Assembly (NCBI GenBank): GCA_963817955.1
Contig: CAWFQK010000006.1
Span: 1 to 64,000, forward strand
Length of the DNA: 64,000 nucleotides
Direction of reading: 5' to 3'
Source: an uncultured Gemmatimonadaceae bacterium
GTDB lineage: Bacteria > Gemmatimonadota > Gemmatimonadetes > Gemmatimonadales > Gemmatimonadaceae
Shown here: piece by piece, positions 48,071-58,254 of the stretch
Position numbering within the stretch: position 1 is the stretch's first letter
Layout of the letters: every line of letters starts with the position of its first letter
Translations under genes and position numbers: made by a program
Notes under the pieces: model-generated
Databases searched by the model: none
The model's input: the letters and a program-made list of their open reading frames with translations, nothing else
Told to the model about the DNA's origin: nothing

Positions 48071-49612
48071 TCAGGCGCGTGCGACGCGCAGCACCTCGTC
48101 GAGTGTGGTCACACCGGCGCGCGCGGCGCGTACGCCATCGTCAAGCAACGTGCGCATGCCCTTGGCGATCGCCATGCTCCGCAGCTCTTCCGATCCGCGC
48201 CGTCGCTGTACTTCGAGCCGGAGCTCGTTGTCCATCACGAATAGCTCATACACGCCAGTGCGACCGCGGTATCCGGTGCCGCGACAGTCATCGCAGCCAG
48301 CGCCCTTCCACACACGCATCAGGCCGTACCGTTCCACATCAATGCGGCGTGCCGCCGCCTTGTCGGGTACCGTCTCCATCTTGCAGTTGGAGCAGATGAC
48401 GCGAACGAGCCGTTGCGCGAGTACGGCGTCCACCGTGCTCGCCACGAGATATGCCGCCACCTCGAGATCGAGGAGACGCGTAATGGCGGTGGGCGCATCG
48501 TTGGTGTGCAACGTTGACAGCACGAGGTGCCCCGTCAACGATGCCTGCGTGGCGACTTGCGCCGTCTCGGCGTCGCGGATTTCGCCGACGAGAATGATGT
48601 CGGGATCCTGACGGAGCAGCGCACGCAGTGCACCGGCGAAGGTCATGCCGACCTTCTCATTCACCGGCACCTGCGGCACACCAGGAAGCTCGTACTCCAC
48701 CGGGTCTTCGACCGTGAGAATTTTCTCTCTCCCCGTTCGAATCATCTCCACCGCGGCGTAGAGCGTGGTCGTCTTGCCGGATCCAGTGGGACCCGTGACG
48801 AGCACGATGCCGTGTGGACGAGACACGACTTCGGTGAACAGCTCCAGCGTATCGGGCGCCATGCCCAGCTCGAGCAGCGAGATCCGGCCGCGCTCCTTGT
48901 CGAGGAGACGTAGCACGACACTCTCGCCGTGCAATGTCGGCACGGTCGACACGCGCACGTCCACCTGCCGGTTTTGCAGACGCAGGCGAATTCGTCCATC
49001 CTGCGGCAGCCGGCGCTCGGCGATGTCGAGCTCCGCCATGATCTTGAGACGGCTGATGATCGCCGCCGTAAGGTGCGGCGGTGGCGACGGCGCCGGCTGC
49101 AGCACACCGTCCACTCGATAGCGTACGCGCAGGCCGTCCTGGTATCCCTCCAGGTGCACGTCCGATGCGCGGGCGTCGAGCGCCTCGATCAGCAGCAGGT
49201 TGACGAGCCGGACGACCGGCGCCTCGTTCGCGAGGTGCAGCAGATCGTCGAGGGGAATGGAGTCGCCGCCTCCGCCGAACGTCATCGACCCGTCGATCCC
49301 CTTCGCGTCGCCACTCATGCCGGCGATCACGCCCTCGGCGGTCGCCGCCTCCGGCGCGTACACACGACGAATGGCCGCCCGGAGATCGTGCTCCTCGAAT
49401 CGCTCGAGCACAATGGGCGCCCTGAACAGCAGGCGGAGATCGTCGAGCGCCAGCGGGTCTACGCCGTCGAGCCACGTTCCCACGGATATCGCATTGTTAC
49501 CGGCACGCAGCGGCAGCACGCCATATTGCTCGAGCCAGTCGGCGGATAGGTCGGTCGTGAGCCGCTCGACGTCGAGCAACTCGCTCGCGGAGTGCTGTTG
49601 CGCGGTTTCCAT
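48071..49612 (-). CDS. gspE: type II secretion ATPase
   Basis: ASDVHLE, LDIAERRLPQDG, GPTGSGKTTTLY, LRQDPDIILVGEIRD, CxxC...GCxxC. Confidence 0.95.
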   Translation of the reverse strand: METAQQHSASELLDVERLTTDLSADWLEQYGVLPLRAGNNAISVGTWLDGVDPLALDDLRLLFRAPIVLERFEEHDLRAAIRRVYAPEAATAEGVIAGMSGDAKGIDGSMTFGGGGDSIPLDDLLHLANEAPVVRLVNLLLIEALDARASDVHLEGYQDGLRVRYRVDGVLQPAPSPPPHLTAAIISRLKIMAELDIAERRLPQDGRIRLRLQNRQVDVRVSTVPTLHGESVVLRLLDKERGRISLLELGMAPDTLELFTEVVSRPHGIVLVTGPTGSGKTTTLYAAVEMIRTGREKILTVEDPVEYELPGVPQVPVNEKVGMTFAGALRALLRQDPDIILVGEIRDAETAQVATQASLTGHLVLSTLHTNDAPTAITRLLDLEVAAYLVASTVDAVLAQRLVRVICSNCKMETVPDKAAARRIDVERYGLMRVWKGAGCDDCRGTGYRGRTGVYELFVMDNELRLEVQRRRGSEELRSMAIAKGMRTLLDDGVRAARAGVTTLDEVLRVARA

Positions 49613-51420
49613 CAGCGTGGCGGACGGCGCCGCATGGTGGTGAGCGAATCCGTTCGCGCCGTGTCGGGCTTGATCCGCAGGCTGTCTCGCGCGGGAACGA
49701 TGCGTGGGCCGACATCGATCTCCTTGAGCAGATCGCTCCCGTCCTTCACTGCCTCGCGCAGCTTGTCGATGTCCTCGTCACTCGAGATGATGTGCGGCGT
49801 GAGGAAGAGGAACAACTCGCTCGTGTCCTCGTTGTGCGTCGTACTACCGAATATGAGCGGTCCGATGATCGGAATTCGGCTGAGCAACGGGATGCCTGAG
49901 ATATCTGTGCTGTGCGTGTTGCCGGCCAGCCCGCCGATCACCGTCGTCTGCCCGTCACGAATGAATATCTGCGTCGTGGCTTCGCGCGTATTGATGACCG
50001 GTGCGTCGAACTGCACCTCGTTCGTTGCGCTGTTGTCGGTCTGCGACACCTGCAGGTTGACGTACCCGTCGGGATTGATCGTCGGCGTAATCGTCAGCAC
50101 GGTGCCCACGTTCACATACTGTACGGTCTGCACGCGCCCAGTGGGATCGTTCGCCACCGTCTGCGATACCTGAACGAACGGCCGCTGGGAGCCCACGTTC
50201 AACGTTGCCTGCCGATTGTTCTGTGCAATGATCACGGGAAGCGACAAGACGCGTACATTCCCGCGCTCCTGCAGCGCCGAGATCGCCACGTCATAATTGA
50301 TCGTCCCCTTGCCCCCGGTGAGCTCGAGAATGAAGTCTCGTGCGCTCGCCGGCGACGGCGCGGTGGCCGTAGCGTCAGCAGCGGTTTTCCCCTTCGGAAT
50401 GCGTTTGGCACTGCCCGATACTCCGAGGTCGAGCGCGTGCGTGCGCTCGACTTCGGCGATCGTCACCTCGATGAGCACCTGCAGGGGACGAAGATCCACG
50501 TTCTGGATGACTTGCTGCACCAGCGGCCAGTCGGTGTCGCTGGCGCGGACGAGCAAAGAATTCGTGGATTCTTCTGGAATGATGCGGATGTCAGACGCCT
50601 GGCCCGAGAGGGCACCGCTGACCTGCTGAAAGGCCGTGCTGAGCTGCGCGAGCGCGCCGGCGCCCACTCCGCCTCCACCGCCTCCGCCTCCACCGCCACC
50701 GGCATTACCCCGACCGCCACGGCCGCCAAAGGGCGTCGCAATGTTGGTGGTATTCCCTGTGATCCCCGCAGCGGCGTTGCCGGGCGGCGGCGAACTGATC
50801 GTGAACGGGCCCGTGTTGATCGTCGAGAATCCGCCGTTGGCATTGGGTATTACTGTCGTGCCGCCGAAGCGCGTGCTGTTCGAGGTGCCGCTGAACAGAT
50901 TGGTCAGCACCGGAGCAAGCTGCACCGCGCTGGCATGTTTCAGCCGATAGGTGAACAGCCGCGTCGGCTGCGGCTGGTTCGCCTGCATCAATTGCTGGGC
51001 GAACGTCTGTGCCGGCGTCTGTGTCGTGCGCGGCACGTCGGGTCCAGCGATCTGAATGAGCGACGCCGTCTGCGTCACCTTCAAACCATTCTGTTCGGCG
51101 ACGCTCTTCACCAGCTCCACCATGCCGTCTCGCGTCACCGGGCGCCCCATGTGCAGCGTGATGTGCTGAGACGGGATGTTGGACATCGAGGCATTCAGGT
51201 CACCGGCGGCAACGAGCGCGTCGAGCACCACGCGCAGTTCCTGATCCTGGAAGTCGAGCACAACGCCGGAAGGCACTTTCTTCGTCGTGTCGGCTGCCGC
51301 TTTCGGCGGCACGGCCGGAATGCGTGTGGCCCGGCTTGAGGCGCCGCCCTGCGCAATCATCGGACGCGCGAGTATTACGGCGCCCACGCTCAACAACACG
51401 GTGTATCGTGCGATAGACAT
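49612..51420 (-). CDS. gspD: type II secretion secretin
   Basis: Signal peptide, LDFQD.EL N0-like domain, YRLKHASA N3-like domain, D.RPLQVLIEVTIAEV, GQTTVIGGL, GIPLLSRIPIIG.LFG, ELFLFLTPHI. Confidence 0.9.
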   Translation of the reverse strand: MSIARYTVLLSVGAVILARPMIAQGGASSRATRIPAVPPKAAADTTKKVPSGVVLDFQDQELRVVLDALVAAGDLNASMSNIPSQHITLHMGRPVTRDGMVELVKSVAEQNGLKVTQTASLIQIAGPDVPRTTQTPAQTFAQQLMQANQPQPTRLFTYRLKHASAVQLAPVLTNLFSGTSNSTRFGGTTVIPNANGGFSTINTGPFTISSPPPGNAAAGITGNTTNIATPFGGRGGRGNAGGGGGGGGGGGVGAGALAQLSTAFQQVSGALSGQASDIRIIPEESTNSLLVRASDTDWPLVQQVIQNVDLRPLQVLIEVTIAEVERTHALDLGVSGSAKRIPKGKTAADATATAPSPASARDFILELTGGKGTINYDVAISALQERGNVRVLSLPVIIAQNNRQATLNVGSQRPFVQVSQTVANDPTGRVQTVQYVNVGTVLTITPTINPDGYVNLQVSQTDNSATNEVQFDAPVINTREATTQIFIRDGQTTVIGGLAGNTHSTDISGIPLLSRIPIIGPLIFGSTTHNEDTSELFLFLTPHIISSDEDIDKLREAVKDGSDLLKEIDVGPRIVPARDSLRIKPDTARTDSLTTMRRRPPR

Positions 51421-51422
51421 TG

Positions 51423-51929
51423 TCAGATTCCTGGCTTGGGCACAACAACGTCCACACGGACGCCGCCGGTACTCACGAGCGTTACCTTGCCGCGTTCGAT
51501 TATTCGAACCGTCCACGCTCCGATCCGATCGCCGACATGCACGAGCGTCGGTTTCGCACCGCCGAGCTGCACCGTCGCGAAACTGCGACCATCGGTCGCC
51601 ACGACGGTGCCAAGTACCGCCGGCTTGTCCGGTACGACAGCAGGCGCGTCGGAGTCGGCGGTCTCGCCCGGCATTCGATAGGGCACCGACGACGCAGCGC
51701 GATCGGATGCGAAGACGTCGTGTTCTACCGCCGCGTCGACGTCCGCGACCGGTGCCGGTTGGGGCCGCACAATTGACGATAGGCTCACGAGCGTCGTCGC
51801 CGGCGTCGGTGGCAGCGGTTCCGGACGCACGGCACGAACGATCGCCCAGAGCAGGACGAGCATCGACAGCGTCAACGCCCCGAGAGCGATGCGTCCCGCC
51901 GACGTGCGACTCACAGCGCGCAGAGTCAT
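51423..51929 (-). CDS. T2SS-associated single-pass protein (GspC/PilP-like)
   Basis: N-terminal TM; F...R motif, VLGTV, VGDRIGAWTVRII...V HR-like domain; lies just before gspD. Confidence 0.55.
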   Translation of the reverse strand: MTLRAVSRTSAGRIALGALTLSMLVLLWAIVRAVRPEPLPPTPATTLVSLSSIVRPQPAPVADVDAAVEHDVFASDRAASSVPYRMPGETADSDAPAVVPDKPAVLGTVVATDGRSFATVQLGGAKPTLVHVGDRIGAWTVRIIERGKVTLVSTGGVRVDVVVPKPGI

Positions 51930-52501
51930 GGCTGCCCCGTCGCGAAGCCAGAGACGATCGCCGCGATCGACAAGGTCTCGGCTTCTTTTTCATCAGCACG
52001 CGGCGATCGAGAAATGTCGAGCCGTTCTATACGGACCAGTTTGTCGCCACGCTCGAGGCTCTGCAAGAACATGAGCGTACCGAGCAAGTCCGATTCGGCG
52101 CGAATCTCCACGTGGAGTTGACGCACGCCGTCGCTGCCGCGTGTCGCGGGACGAGTCCCGGCGTCCTGTAGCCACACGCGTGTTCGATGGGCCACGTCGC
52201 CAACGTACGACGCGAGCTCCGCGCTCGCCATGACGTCGTCCTTGCCTTCGAACAGGCGTGGTCGCATCGCGCGCATGGCGGAATCGGCGACGCGTTGGAG
52301 TTGTGGATTCCGGTTCGCTGCCGCGACAGCGGCCCGTTCGCGCACCAACGTTGCCTGTTCCGTTGCCAGCTGATCGCGTGCCTCGCCAAGTGCGGCTTGA
52401 TAGGGCCGAACGCCCCAAATGAAGAGCACGCCTGGAAGCAACACGATCGCCCCAGTGATCACGGCGCGCCGATCGCGCGCATTCATCGTATGCCACTTCA
52501 T
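51926..52501 (-). CDS. gspM: T2SS GspM/PilO-like protein
   Basis: RDRR followed by TM, coiled coil, ferredoxin-like FLQSLE...VRIERLDI. Confidence 0.7.
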   Translation of the reverse strand: MKWHTMNARDRRAVITGAIVLLPGVLFIWGVRPYQAALGEARDQLATEQATLVRERAAVAAANRNPQLQRVADSAMRAMRPRLFEGKDDVMASAELASYVGDVAHRTRVWLQDAGTRPATRGSDGVRQLHVEIRAESDLLGTLMFLQSLERGDKLVRIERLDISRSPRADEKEAETLSIAAIVSGFATGQP

Positions 52502-53907
52502 GGGATCGACCTCGGCGCAACCGGATTGGAGGCCGGCGTCGGCAGCACATGTCCGTTCGTGCCAACGACGCGAGCGGCGATGGTGAAGTGCTCGAGCGCC
52601 GCGCCATCTTGTTGCAGCTCGCGGCGCACGGGTGACGCGGATTGCACGTTCGCCAATCCGGCCGTCTTCTCCAGAGCGTCGAAGACGCGTGCGGCGTGAG
52701 CGGCCAGGCCATCGACGATCAGCGAATCCTGACGCGCGCGAATGGCCGTGAGATAGGCGTCGTCCGGTATCGATTCGCTCAGTTTGGCGATCAACGAGGA
52801 CCACTGCGCCGACTGACGCTCGGCTGCGGTGAGCGATGCGAGACTTCTATAGGCTGCGTCTACCGTGGTGCGGCCGACGAGTGTCGACGCGATCTGCGGC
52901 CGAAGCTTTGCGCGTTCGGCGCGGACCACGCTCAATTGATGACGCACGCCCCAGAGCTGGACGGTCGCGGCAAGCACCAGTATGACTGCCGCGGCGGCAC
53001 CGAGCGTCCAGGTTGCGCGGCGGACCTGCGCCCGGTCGAGCGCGAGGTTTTCCTCGCCGCGAAGCACCGGCCCACTGCCGCTGCCGGCGAAGTGCGCCGC
53101 CAGCACATCGGTCGTTTCTGTAGAGGACGACCACTCTCCGACGGGCGCGGTCACGCTTACTCCGCGTGCCGCAAGAGCGGCAGACAGCACGCGGCGCTGT
53201 GGGGTGCCCCCCTCGATACCGAGGCGAGCATTCGGGCCGACGGCATCGATGATCGTGTCGGCATCGAATGCACCTGGTCCGAGGCGCCGCACACCAGCGA
53301 GGCGCCCATCGTCCAGTTGGAGCAGGTCCGTGTGGCCGGCATGTGCAACGAGTACGCAAGAAGCTTTTCGTGCGAACGACGGCCACAACGACGTTCCCGC
53401 CGCCGCCCATGCAGCTTCGGCCGGCGCAATGGTCTCGATCGTCCACCCGGATTGCTGTGCCGCTACGTGAATGGCCGCCACGAGACGAGCCGATGCGGCG
53501 GCGGCCACCACACCGCCAGTTGCACCGCGCGCACCTCGCACGGTTCGCGACGTACCGATGAGTTGTTGCGATTTCGCCCCAACGAAGTACTTCGCGGCGT
53601 TCCGCGACAGCAGCCGGTGCAGATCCTCGTCGCCGAGCGGAGGCAAGTCGAGACGGCGCACCTCGCTCAGCGGCGGCAGCAGCGACACGGCGAGCGTGCC
53701 ATTCGTGACGCCAAGCGTCTCCGCCAACGCACGCAATGCCGCTGCGAGCGACGGCCACGCGCCGCCGTCGAGTGGCGGCAGCTCGAGTGGCGCACGGAAC
53801 GCGCCTTCTATCCGCAGGCGGACGTCGACGGCGATCAGCTCGGCCGGCCCAATCGCGATGCCCGTGCGGATTCGCTTGCTCGATTGCTTGCCCCTGCGAG
53901 TCACCAT
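52498..53907 (-). CDS. gspL: T2SS GspL / PilM-PilN-like protein
   Basis: Cytoplasmic actin-like N-terminal region, TM, PilN-type LSESIPDDAYLT...VDGLA...LEK...NVQ...F.I. Confidence 0.7.
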   Translation of the reverse strand: MVTRRGKQSSKRIRTGIAIGPAELIAVDVRLRIEGAFRAPLELPPLDGGAWPSLAAALRALAETLGVTNGTLAVSLLPPLSEVRRLDLPPLGDEDLHRLLSRNAAKYFVGAKSQQLIGTSRTVRGARGATGGVVAAAASARLVAAIHVAAQQSGWTIETIAPAEAAWAAAGTSLWPSFARKASCVLVAHAGHTDLLQLDDGRLAGVRRLGPGAFDADTIIDAVGPNARLGIEGGTPQRRVLSAALAARGVSVTAPVGEWSSSTETTDVLAAHFAGSGSGPVLRGEENLALDRAQVRRATWTLGAAAAVILVLAATVQLWGVRHQLSVVRAERAKLRPQIASTLVGRTTVDAAYRSLASLTAAERQSAQWSSLIAKLSESIPDDAYLTAIRARQDSLIVDGLAAHAARVFDALEKTAGLANVQSASPVRRELQQDGAALEHFTIAARVVGTNGHVLPTPASNPVAPRSIP

Positions 53908-54863
53908 TGGCGATACGAGATGGTGGCCCGATTGCCGGTACGTTGCACGATGGCCGTGAGTTTGGTTGGAGCAGCCTGCGGACCGGCTCGCGATGTGATC
54001 GTGAGCTCGATTTCCGTTGTCGTCGTGGTTGTCCGCCCCCTCAGCGCGCCGACAGCTGCCTGGCTCGACAACTGGCCGGGAACGCGACGACCGCCAGTTT
54101 GTCCCGGGAAGAGATCCGTGATGTTGTTGATACGCCGCCCCTGTGACCGAAGTTGTAGGATCATGTTGATCGTCGCGTCGGTCATGCCAGGCAAGGCGCG
54201 CAGCACCGGGACCGGGGCCGTGTTGACGTTGATGGTGCCCGAGCCGCGCGTCGTCAGATACGGCGAAGCCGCGGCATAGATCTCTGGCGTCATGCCCATC
54301 ACGTTCTGCAGCTCCTCTACGTCTCGAAAGGGCGCGTTCGTCGGCAACGCCAACATCTCAGCTTTGATATAGTCGTCGCGCTCAGCACCGTTCGGGCGCG
54401 CGATGCTGTCGGCGTCGCGCCAATCGAGAATGGTCTGCGCCAATTGCTGCGACTTACTGAAGTCGTGCAGCAAGAAGCTGAAGAAGGTCTGGATCTCGGT
54501 CTCACCGAGTTGATTGATGTTCAGCTTTTCACCGAGGTCCTGCGCCTGAACGTCCACTTCCATGCTGTCGACGAGGACCGGCCCGGAATACGACGAATCG
54601 ACACCGAGCCACGGATCGCCCACCCGCAGACGGCTGACGGCCATGTTGCTCGTGCTCGGCGCCACGCGGAGCGCCTGTTCGAGTCTGGCCTGCATGAGCG
54701 CCAGCGCTCCCGCCGCCGCGGCGCGCTGAATGCCGCGCTCGGAGGCCAGTATCCCGATGGTCCGCCGCTCATGTGCCTCGAGGCTGAATTGCAATGCAAC
54801 CGTCGCAATGGCGACGACCAGCCATAGAGCGGCGAGCAACGCGACTCCGCGGCGCGGTCTCAT
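53901..54863 (-). CDS. gspK: T2SS minor pseudopilin GspK
   Basis: RRG/VALLAALW, KLNIN, ILDWRD.D, GAE..Y, F..VEEL..V.G, INVNTAP..VL.ALPG. Confidence 0.92.
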   Translation of the reverse strand: MRPRRGVALLAALWLVVAIATVALQFSLEAHERRTIGILASERGIQRAAAAGALALMQARLEQALRVAPSTSNMAVSRLRVGDPWLGVDSSYSGPVLVDSMEVDVQAQDLGEKLNINQLGETEIQTFFSFLLHDFSKSQQLAQTILDWRDADSIARPNGAERDDYIKAEMLALPTNAPFRDVEELQNVMGMTPEIYAAASPYLTTRGSGTINVNTAPVPVLRALPGMTDATINMILQLRSQGRRINNITDLFPGQTGGRRVPGQLSSQAAVGALRGRTTTTTTEIELTITSRAGPQAAPTKLTAIVQRTGNRATISYRQW

Positions 54864-55531
54864 CGGCCAGCCTGCCCTACGCCGACGCTTCCAATGGGCC
54901 AGATCATGGGCAGTGTGAGGATCCGTGGAAGCTGGACAAGACTCGATCCGAGCGTCACGCGCACAGCCTTTGGAACAACCGTCGAAACTTGCGACGCGGC
55001 GAACCAGCGGTTCGTGCGCGTATCGAGGAATTCCACTTTCAACGAATCGATCGTCGAATCGAGCATCCGTCGCACGAGCGGTGTCTGCACGTTCGGCTGA
55101 TACTCGATACAGAGTCCCGTTTCCGACGTGTTGTTGTCGGCGTCCACGTACAAGCGAATGCGCACGTCCGCCAGCAGCGATGGATTGAGCGCAGACGTCG
55201 TGAACGTGAGCTCGTCGCCGCTTGCCTGCGCTGCGGACACCGCCGCGACGTTCGTTCCGCCGGTAGACGGCGCTGCGGCTCCGCGGCCGGCACGTGAGAG
55301 TCCACGCGGACCTCCGCCGAGCTGGATCTGCACCTGGCCGGCGTCGATCCATCCGTGCAGCATCTCGCGCAACGCCGCCGCTCGCTCGGTGGACACCGAG
55401 GCGTCGCGGATGATCTGGCGGTGATCGATGATCGAACCGAAGGCTGCCGCACCGGCAGCGGCCATCATGCCCGTGATCGCCAGTCCGATCACGAGCTCCA
55501 TGAGGGTCATTCCGCGGCGCGCATGCATCAT
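54860..55531 (-). CDS. gspJ: T2SS minor pseudopilin (GspJ-like)
   Basis: Class III signal RRG/MTLMEL; gene order. Confidence 0.7.
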   Translation of the reverse strand: MMHARRGMTLMELVIGLAITGMMAAAGAAAFGSIIDHRQIIRDASVSTERAAALREMLHGWIDAGQVQIQLGGGPRGLSRAGRGAAAPSTGGTNVAAVSAAQASGDELTFTTSALNPSLLADVRIRLYVDADNNTSETGLCIEYQPNVQTPLVRRMLDSTIDSLKVEFLDTRTNRWFAASQVSTVVPKAVRVTLGSSLVQLPRILTLPMIWPIGSVGVGQAGR

Positions 55532-55932
55532 TGGCGCGTCACCAACGGAGGAGTGCGGTACTGGTACGTCCGCACGGTGTATGAACCGGCTGGCCACTCG
55601 ACAGTGACCCGTATGTCATACACGCCAGCCTGCGCCGACAGCGCGGTGCTCGTCGCTGTCCAGGAGTACTCGTCGAGAGGCGGCAGGAAGTTGCCTTTCG
55701 CCACGGAATCGGCCAGCGACTGGAGCTCGACGTCGCTCAACAGATTCATGAATTCCAGGCGGGAGCCGGCAAGGGCCTCGAGCTCCATGGCACGACGAGC
55801 CCGCTCCGCGGTCCGCATGTCTGAGCCGACAGCTTCGAGCGCGCCCACCGCCGTCATGCCGACGATGGCGACCGCCACCACGGCCTCGAACAACGAGATG
55901 CCGCGCCGGCGGCGGTCAGCGGGAATCGGCAC
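55528..55932 (-). CDS. gspI: T2SS minor pseudopilin (GspI-like)
   Basis: RRG/ISLFEAVVA, YSW, V.V.W; gene order. Confidence 0.7.
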   Translation of the reverse strand: MPIPADRRRRGISLFEAVVAVAIVGMTAVGALEAVGSDMRTAERARRAMELEALAGSRLEFMNLLSDVELQSLADSVAKGNFLPPLDEYSWTATSTALSAQAGVYDIRVTVEWPAGSYTVRTYQYRTPPLVTRQ

Positions 55933-56374
55933 GGGCTATTCCGCTCCACGCGTCCACGCGGACAATCAGCGGTACGTCGCCGCCGCGAATGACCGCCGTG
56001 TCGGCGAAGGCCGCTCCCGTGGACCGAAAGACGTACTGCAACCGCGGTTGATCGGTGGCGAGCGTCCGCGTCATGCCCAGGTCCAGCACACCGGTCGCCA
56101 ACGTGCCGAACCCGTTCACGCCGGAGGTATCGAGCTGGTACTTGAGCGTCTTGGGATCGACGCGCAACGTGGACGTGCCGTTGAAGGTGATGGCAGCCTT
56201 GCGCGCATCGTGCAGCAGTCCGAGCAGCGCGTCGGCGCCACCAGCGGGCTGCTCGCTTCCCAAACGTGCGAACGCGGGCACAGCGAGCGTGGCGGCGATG
56301 GACATCACGAGGAGAACCATCGTGAGCTCCCACAGCGTGAAGCCGGAACGAGTACCGCGGGCGCCGGTGGTCAC
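55916..56374 (-). CDS. gspH: T2SS minor pseudopilin (GspH-like)
   Basis: SG/FTLWEL, AR..A, F.STG; gene order. Confidence 0.7.
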   Translation of the reverse strand: MTTGARGTRSGFTLWELTMVLLVMSIAATLAVPAFARLGSEQPAGGADALLGLLHDARKAAITFNGTSTLRVDPKTLKYQLDTSGVNGFGTLATGVLDLGMTRTLATDQPRLQYVFRSTGAAFADTAVIRGGDVPLIVRVDAWSGIARADSR

Positions 56375-57573
56375 TTGAACGAGTTCGCGTTGATGCCGTA
56401 GATCGCCTGCAGCAGCGAGAGCGCGACGAAAGCAACGATCGCCCCGAACATCACGATCATGGCGGGTTCGGCAAGCGTGGCCAAACGCTGCGTCGCGCGT
56501 TCCGTTCGTTCCTCGAAAATGTCCGCCGCCTTCATGAGGAACACTCGCAACTGCCCAGCTTCCTCTCCAACACCGACGAGTTGCGCGAGCAGCGGCGGGA
56601 AGATCGAACTGTCACTGACCGCTGCCCGAAGCGAACTCCCTTCGCGGACGCGAGTGCGAATGCGCACCGCATCGTCTCGAGCGACGGGGTCTCCGATCGA
56701 TTCTATGGTGTCGTCGAGTGCGACGAGCAATGGCGCGCCGCCGCCGAGCAGCACGCCGACCAGACGTGCGAAGCGCCCCGCCAACGCATACCGCCGCAAC
56801 ATGCTCACGCCAGGCAGCGTGAGCAGAATCTTCGACCAGGCCCGCCGGCCATCGTCCGTGTTCGTGGCCCACGCGGCAAACGCGGCGACCCCGAACGGAA
56901 TGAGCAGGAGAACCGGCCAGAAGCGATGCAGCAGGGCGGAAAATGCAAGCAACATTGACGTTGACGTCGGCAGCTTTGCTCCGCTTCCCTCGAGCAGCGT
57001 CACGAACCGCGGCAGCACGAAGAGCAGAAGGACGGTCACGGCGATGGCGCCGGCGGTGGCGAGCAACAAGGGATAGATTGCCGCCGAAAGCACCTTACCA
57101 CGCAGTTGTTCGTCGCGATCGAGCTGGTCCGCCAGGCGTGCGAACGCCGCGTCGATGTCGCCACTTCGCTCGCCGGCACGCACGAGGCCTACGTAGAGCG
57201 GTGGGAATAGCTGGCGATGCTCGGCCAGCGCTGAACTCAGCGTGTCGCCGCGTTCCACGCGCGCCCGCACTTCCTGCATTGCACTTTTCACATCGCCCGA
57301 TGCAACGCCCGACGCAGCCTGCAGCGCCTGGGCCAGCGGCATGCCAACCGGCAGCAGCGCAGCCATGGCACGCGTGACTTCGAGTACCTCGCGCCGTCGC
57401 CCAAAGCGGAACCCACGCTGTGACGACTCGGCCTCAGCCGACTCCGCGACGTCGAGTACGAGCAGCCCGCGCTGTTCGAGTGTACGCGCCAGCGCGCCCG
57501 AACTCACCGCCTGCGCGTGGCCACGCAGGCGTTTGCCCGATCCGTCCACGGCTTGATACGCGTAGGTAGGCAT
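56371..57573 (-). CDS. gspF: T2SS inner-membrane platform protein
   Basis: MPTYAYQAVD, GMPL..AL, GERSG, AAIYP, VLPRF, GEEAGQL, EP.MI. Confidence 0.93.
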   Translation of the reverse strand: MPTYAYQAVDGSGKRLRGHAQAVSSGALARTLEQRGLLVLDVAESAEAESSQRGFRFGRRREVLEVTRAMAALLPVGMPLAQALQAASGVASGDVKSAMQEVRARVERGDTLSSALAEHRQLFPPLYVGLVRAGERSGDIDAAFARLADQLDRDEQLRGKVLSAAIYPLLLATAGAIAVTVLLLFVLPRFVTLLEGSGAKLPTSTSMLLAFSALLHRFWPVLLLIPFGVAAFAAWATNTDDGRRAWSKILLTLPGVSMLRRYALAGRFARLVGVLLGGGAPLLVALDDTIESIGDPVARDDAVRIRTRVREGSSLRAAVSDSSIFPPLLAQLVGVGEEAGQLRVFLMKAADIFEERTERATQRLATLAEPAMIVMFGAIVAFVALSLLQAIYGINANSFK

Positions 57574-57618
57574 GAGTGAGGCTGAGGATGACATCGCGGC
57601 GGCTGCGCCGACGCGATG

Positions 57619-58089
57619 TCACTTCCAACTGGTGATATCTGCGTCTTCGCCCTCGCCGCCCGGCGTGCCATCGCGGCCGTACGACAACAGGTCGTATCCC
57701 TGCAGGTTCACCTGCCCAGGGAACAGATAGACATACGGTCGTCCCCAGGGGTCGGGAGGAACGGGCTTCCGGAGGTATGGCGCGCGCCAGTTCGGCGGCG
57801 GGTCGACCGTCGGCTTTTCCCACAGGGCATTCAGCCCCTGTTCGGTGCTCGGATATCGTCCGTTATCCAGACGATATGCGTCGAGCGCGGCGCCGAGCAT
57901 CTCGATCTGAGACTTGGCCGTGGCGTCTTTCGCTGCACCAACGTGCTGAAAGATGTTTGGCGCGACGAGCGTGGCGAGAATCGCGATGACCACGATCACC
58001 ACGAGGATCTCGATGAGCGTGAATCCGGAGCGCCGCCCACCAAGGCTGCGTCGTTGGAGCCGCGCGCGAACGCGTGTGACAGGCATCAT
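57619..58089 (-). CDS. gspG: T2SS major pseudopilin
   Basis: SG/FTLIEIL, ALDAYRLDNGRYPSTEQGL.AL, W..PYL...P.DPWG, SYG.DG..GGEGEDADITSW; start approximate. Confidence 0.96.
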   Translation of the reverse strand: MMPVTRVRARLQRRSLGGRRSGFTLIEILVVIVVIAILATLVAPNIFQHVGAAKDATAKSQIEMLGAALDAYRLDNGRYPSTEQGLNALWEKPTVDPPPNWRAPYLRKPVPPDPWGRPYVYLFPGQVNLQGYDLLSYGRDGTPGGEGEDADITSWK

Positions 58090-58254
58090 CTGGGAGGGAA
58101 AGAGCGAGCACTGCGGACTGTTGGACACATCGAGCGCGGAAACGGTTTTCCTACCATGACTTAGCCGCGCCCTGATATAACTACGCGTGAATGGCAGACG
58201 CCGTTTGACCGGTCGGCGTTAAGATGCCTGAGTGCGCAGGTCTCGGCCAGATGT

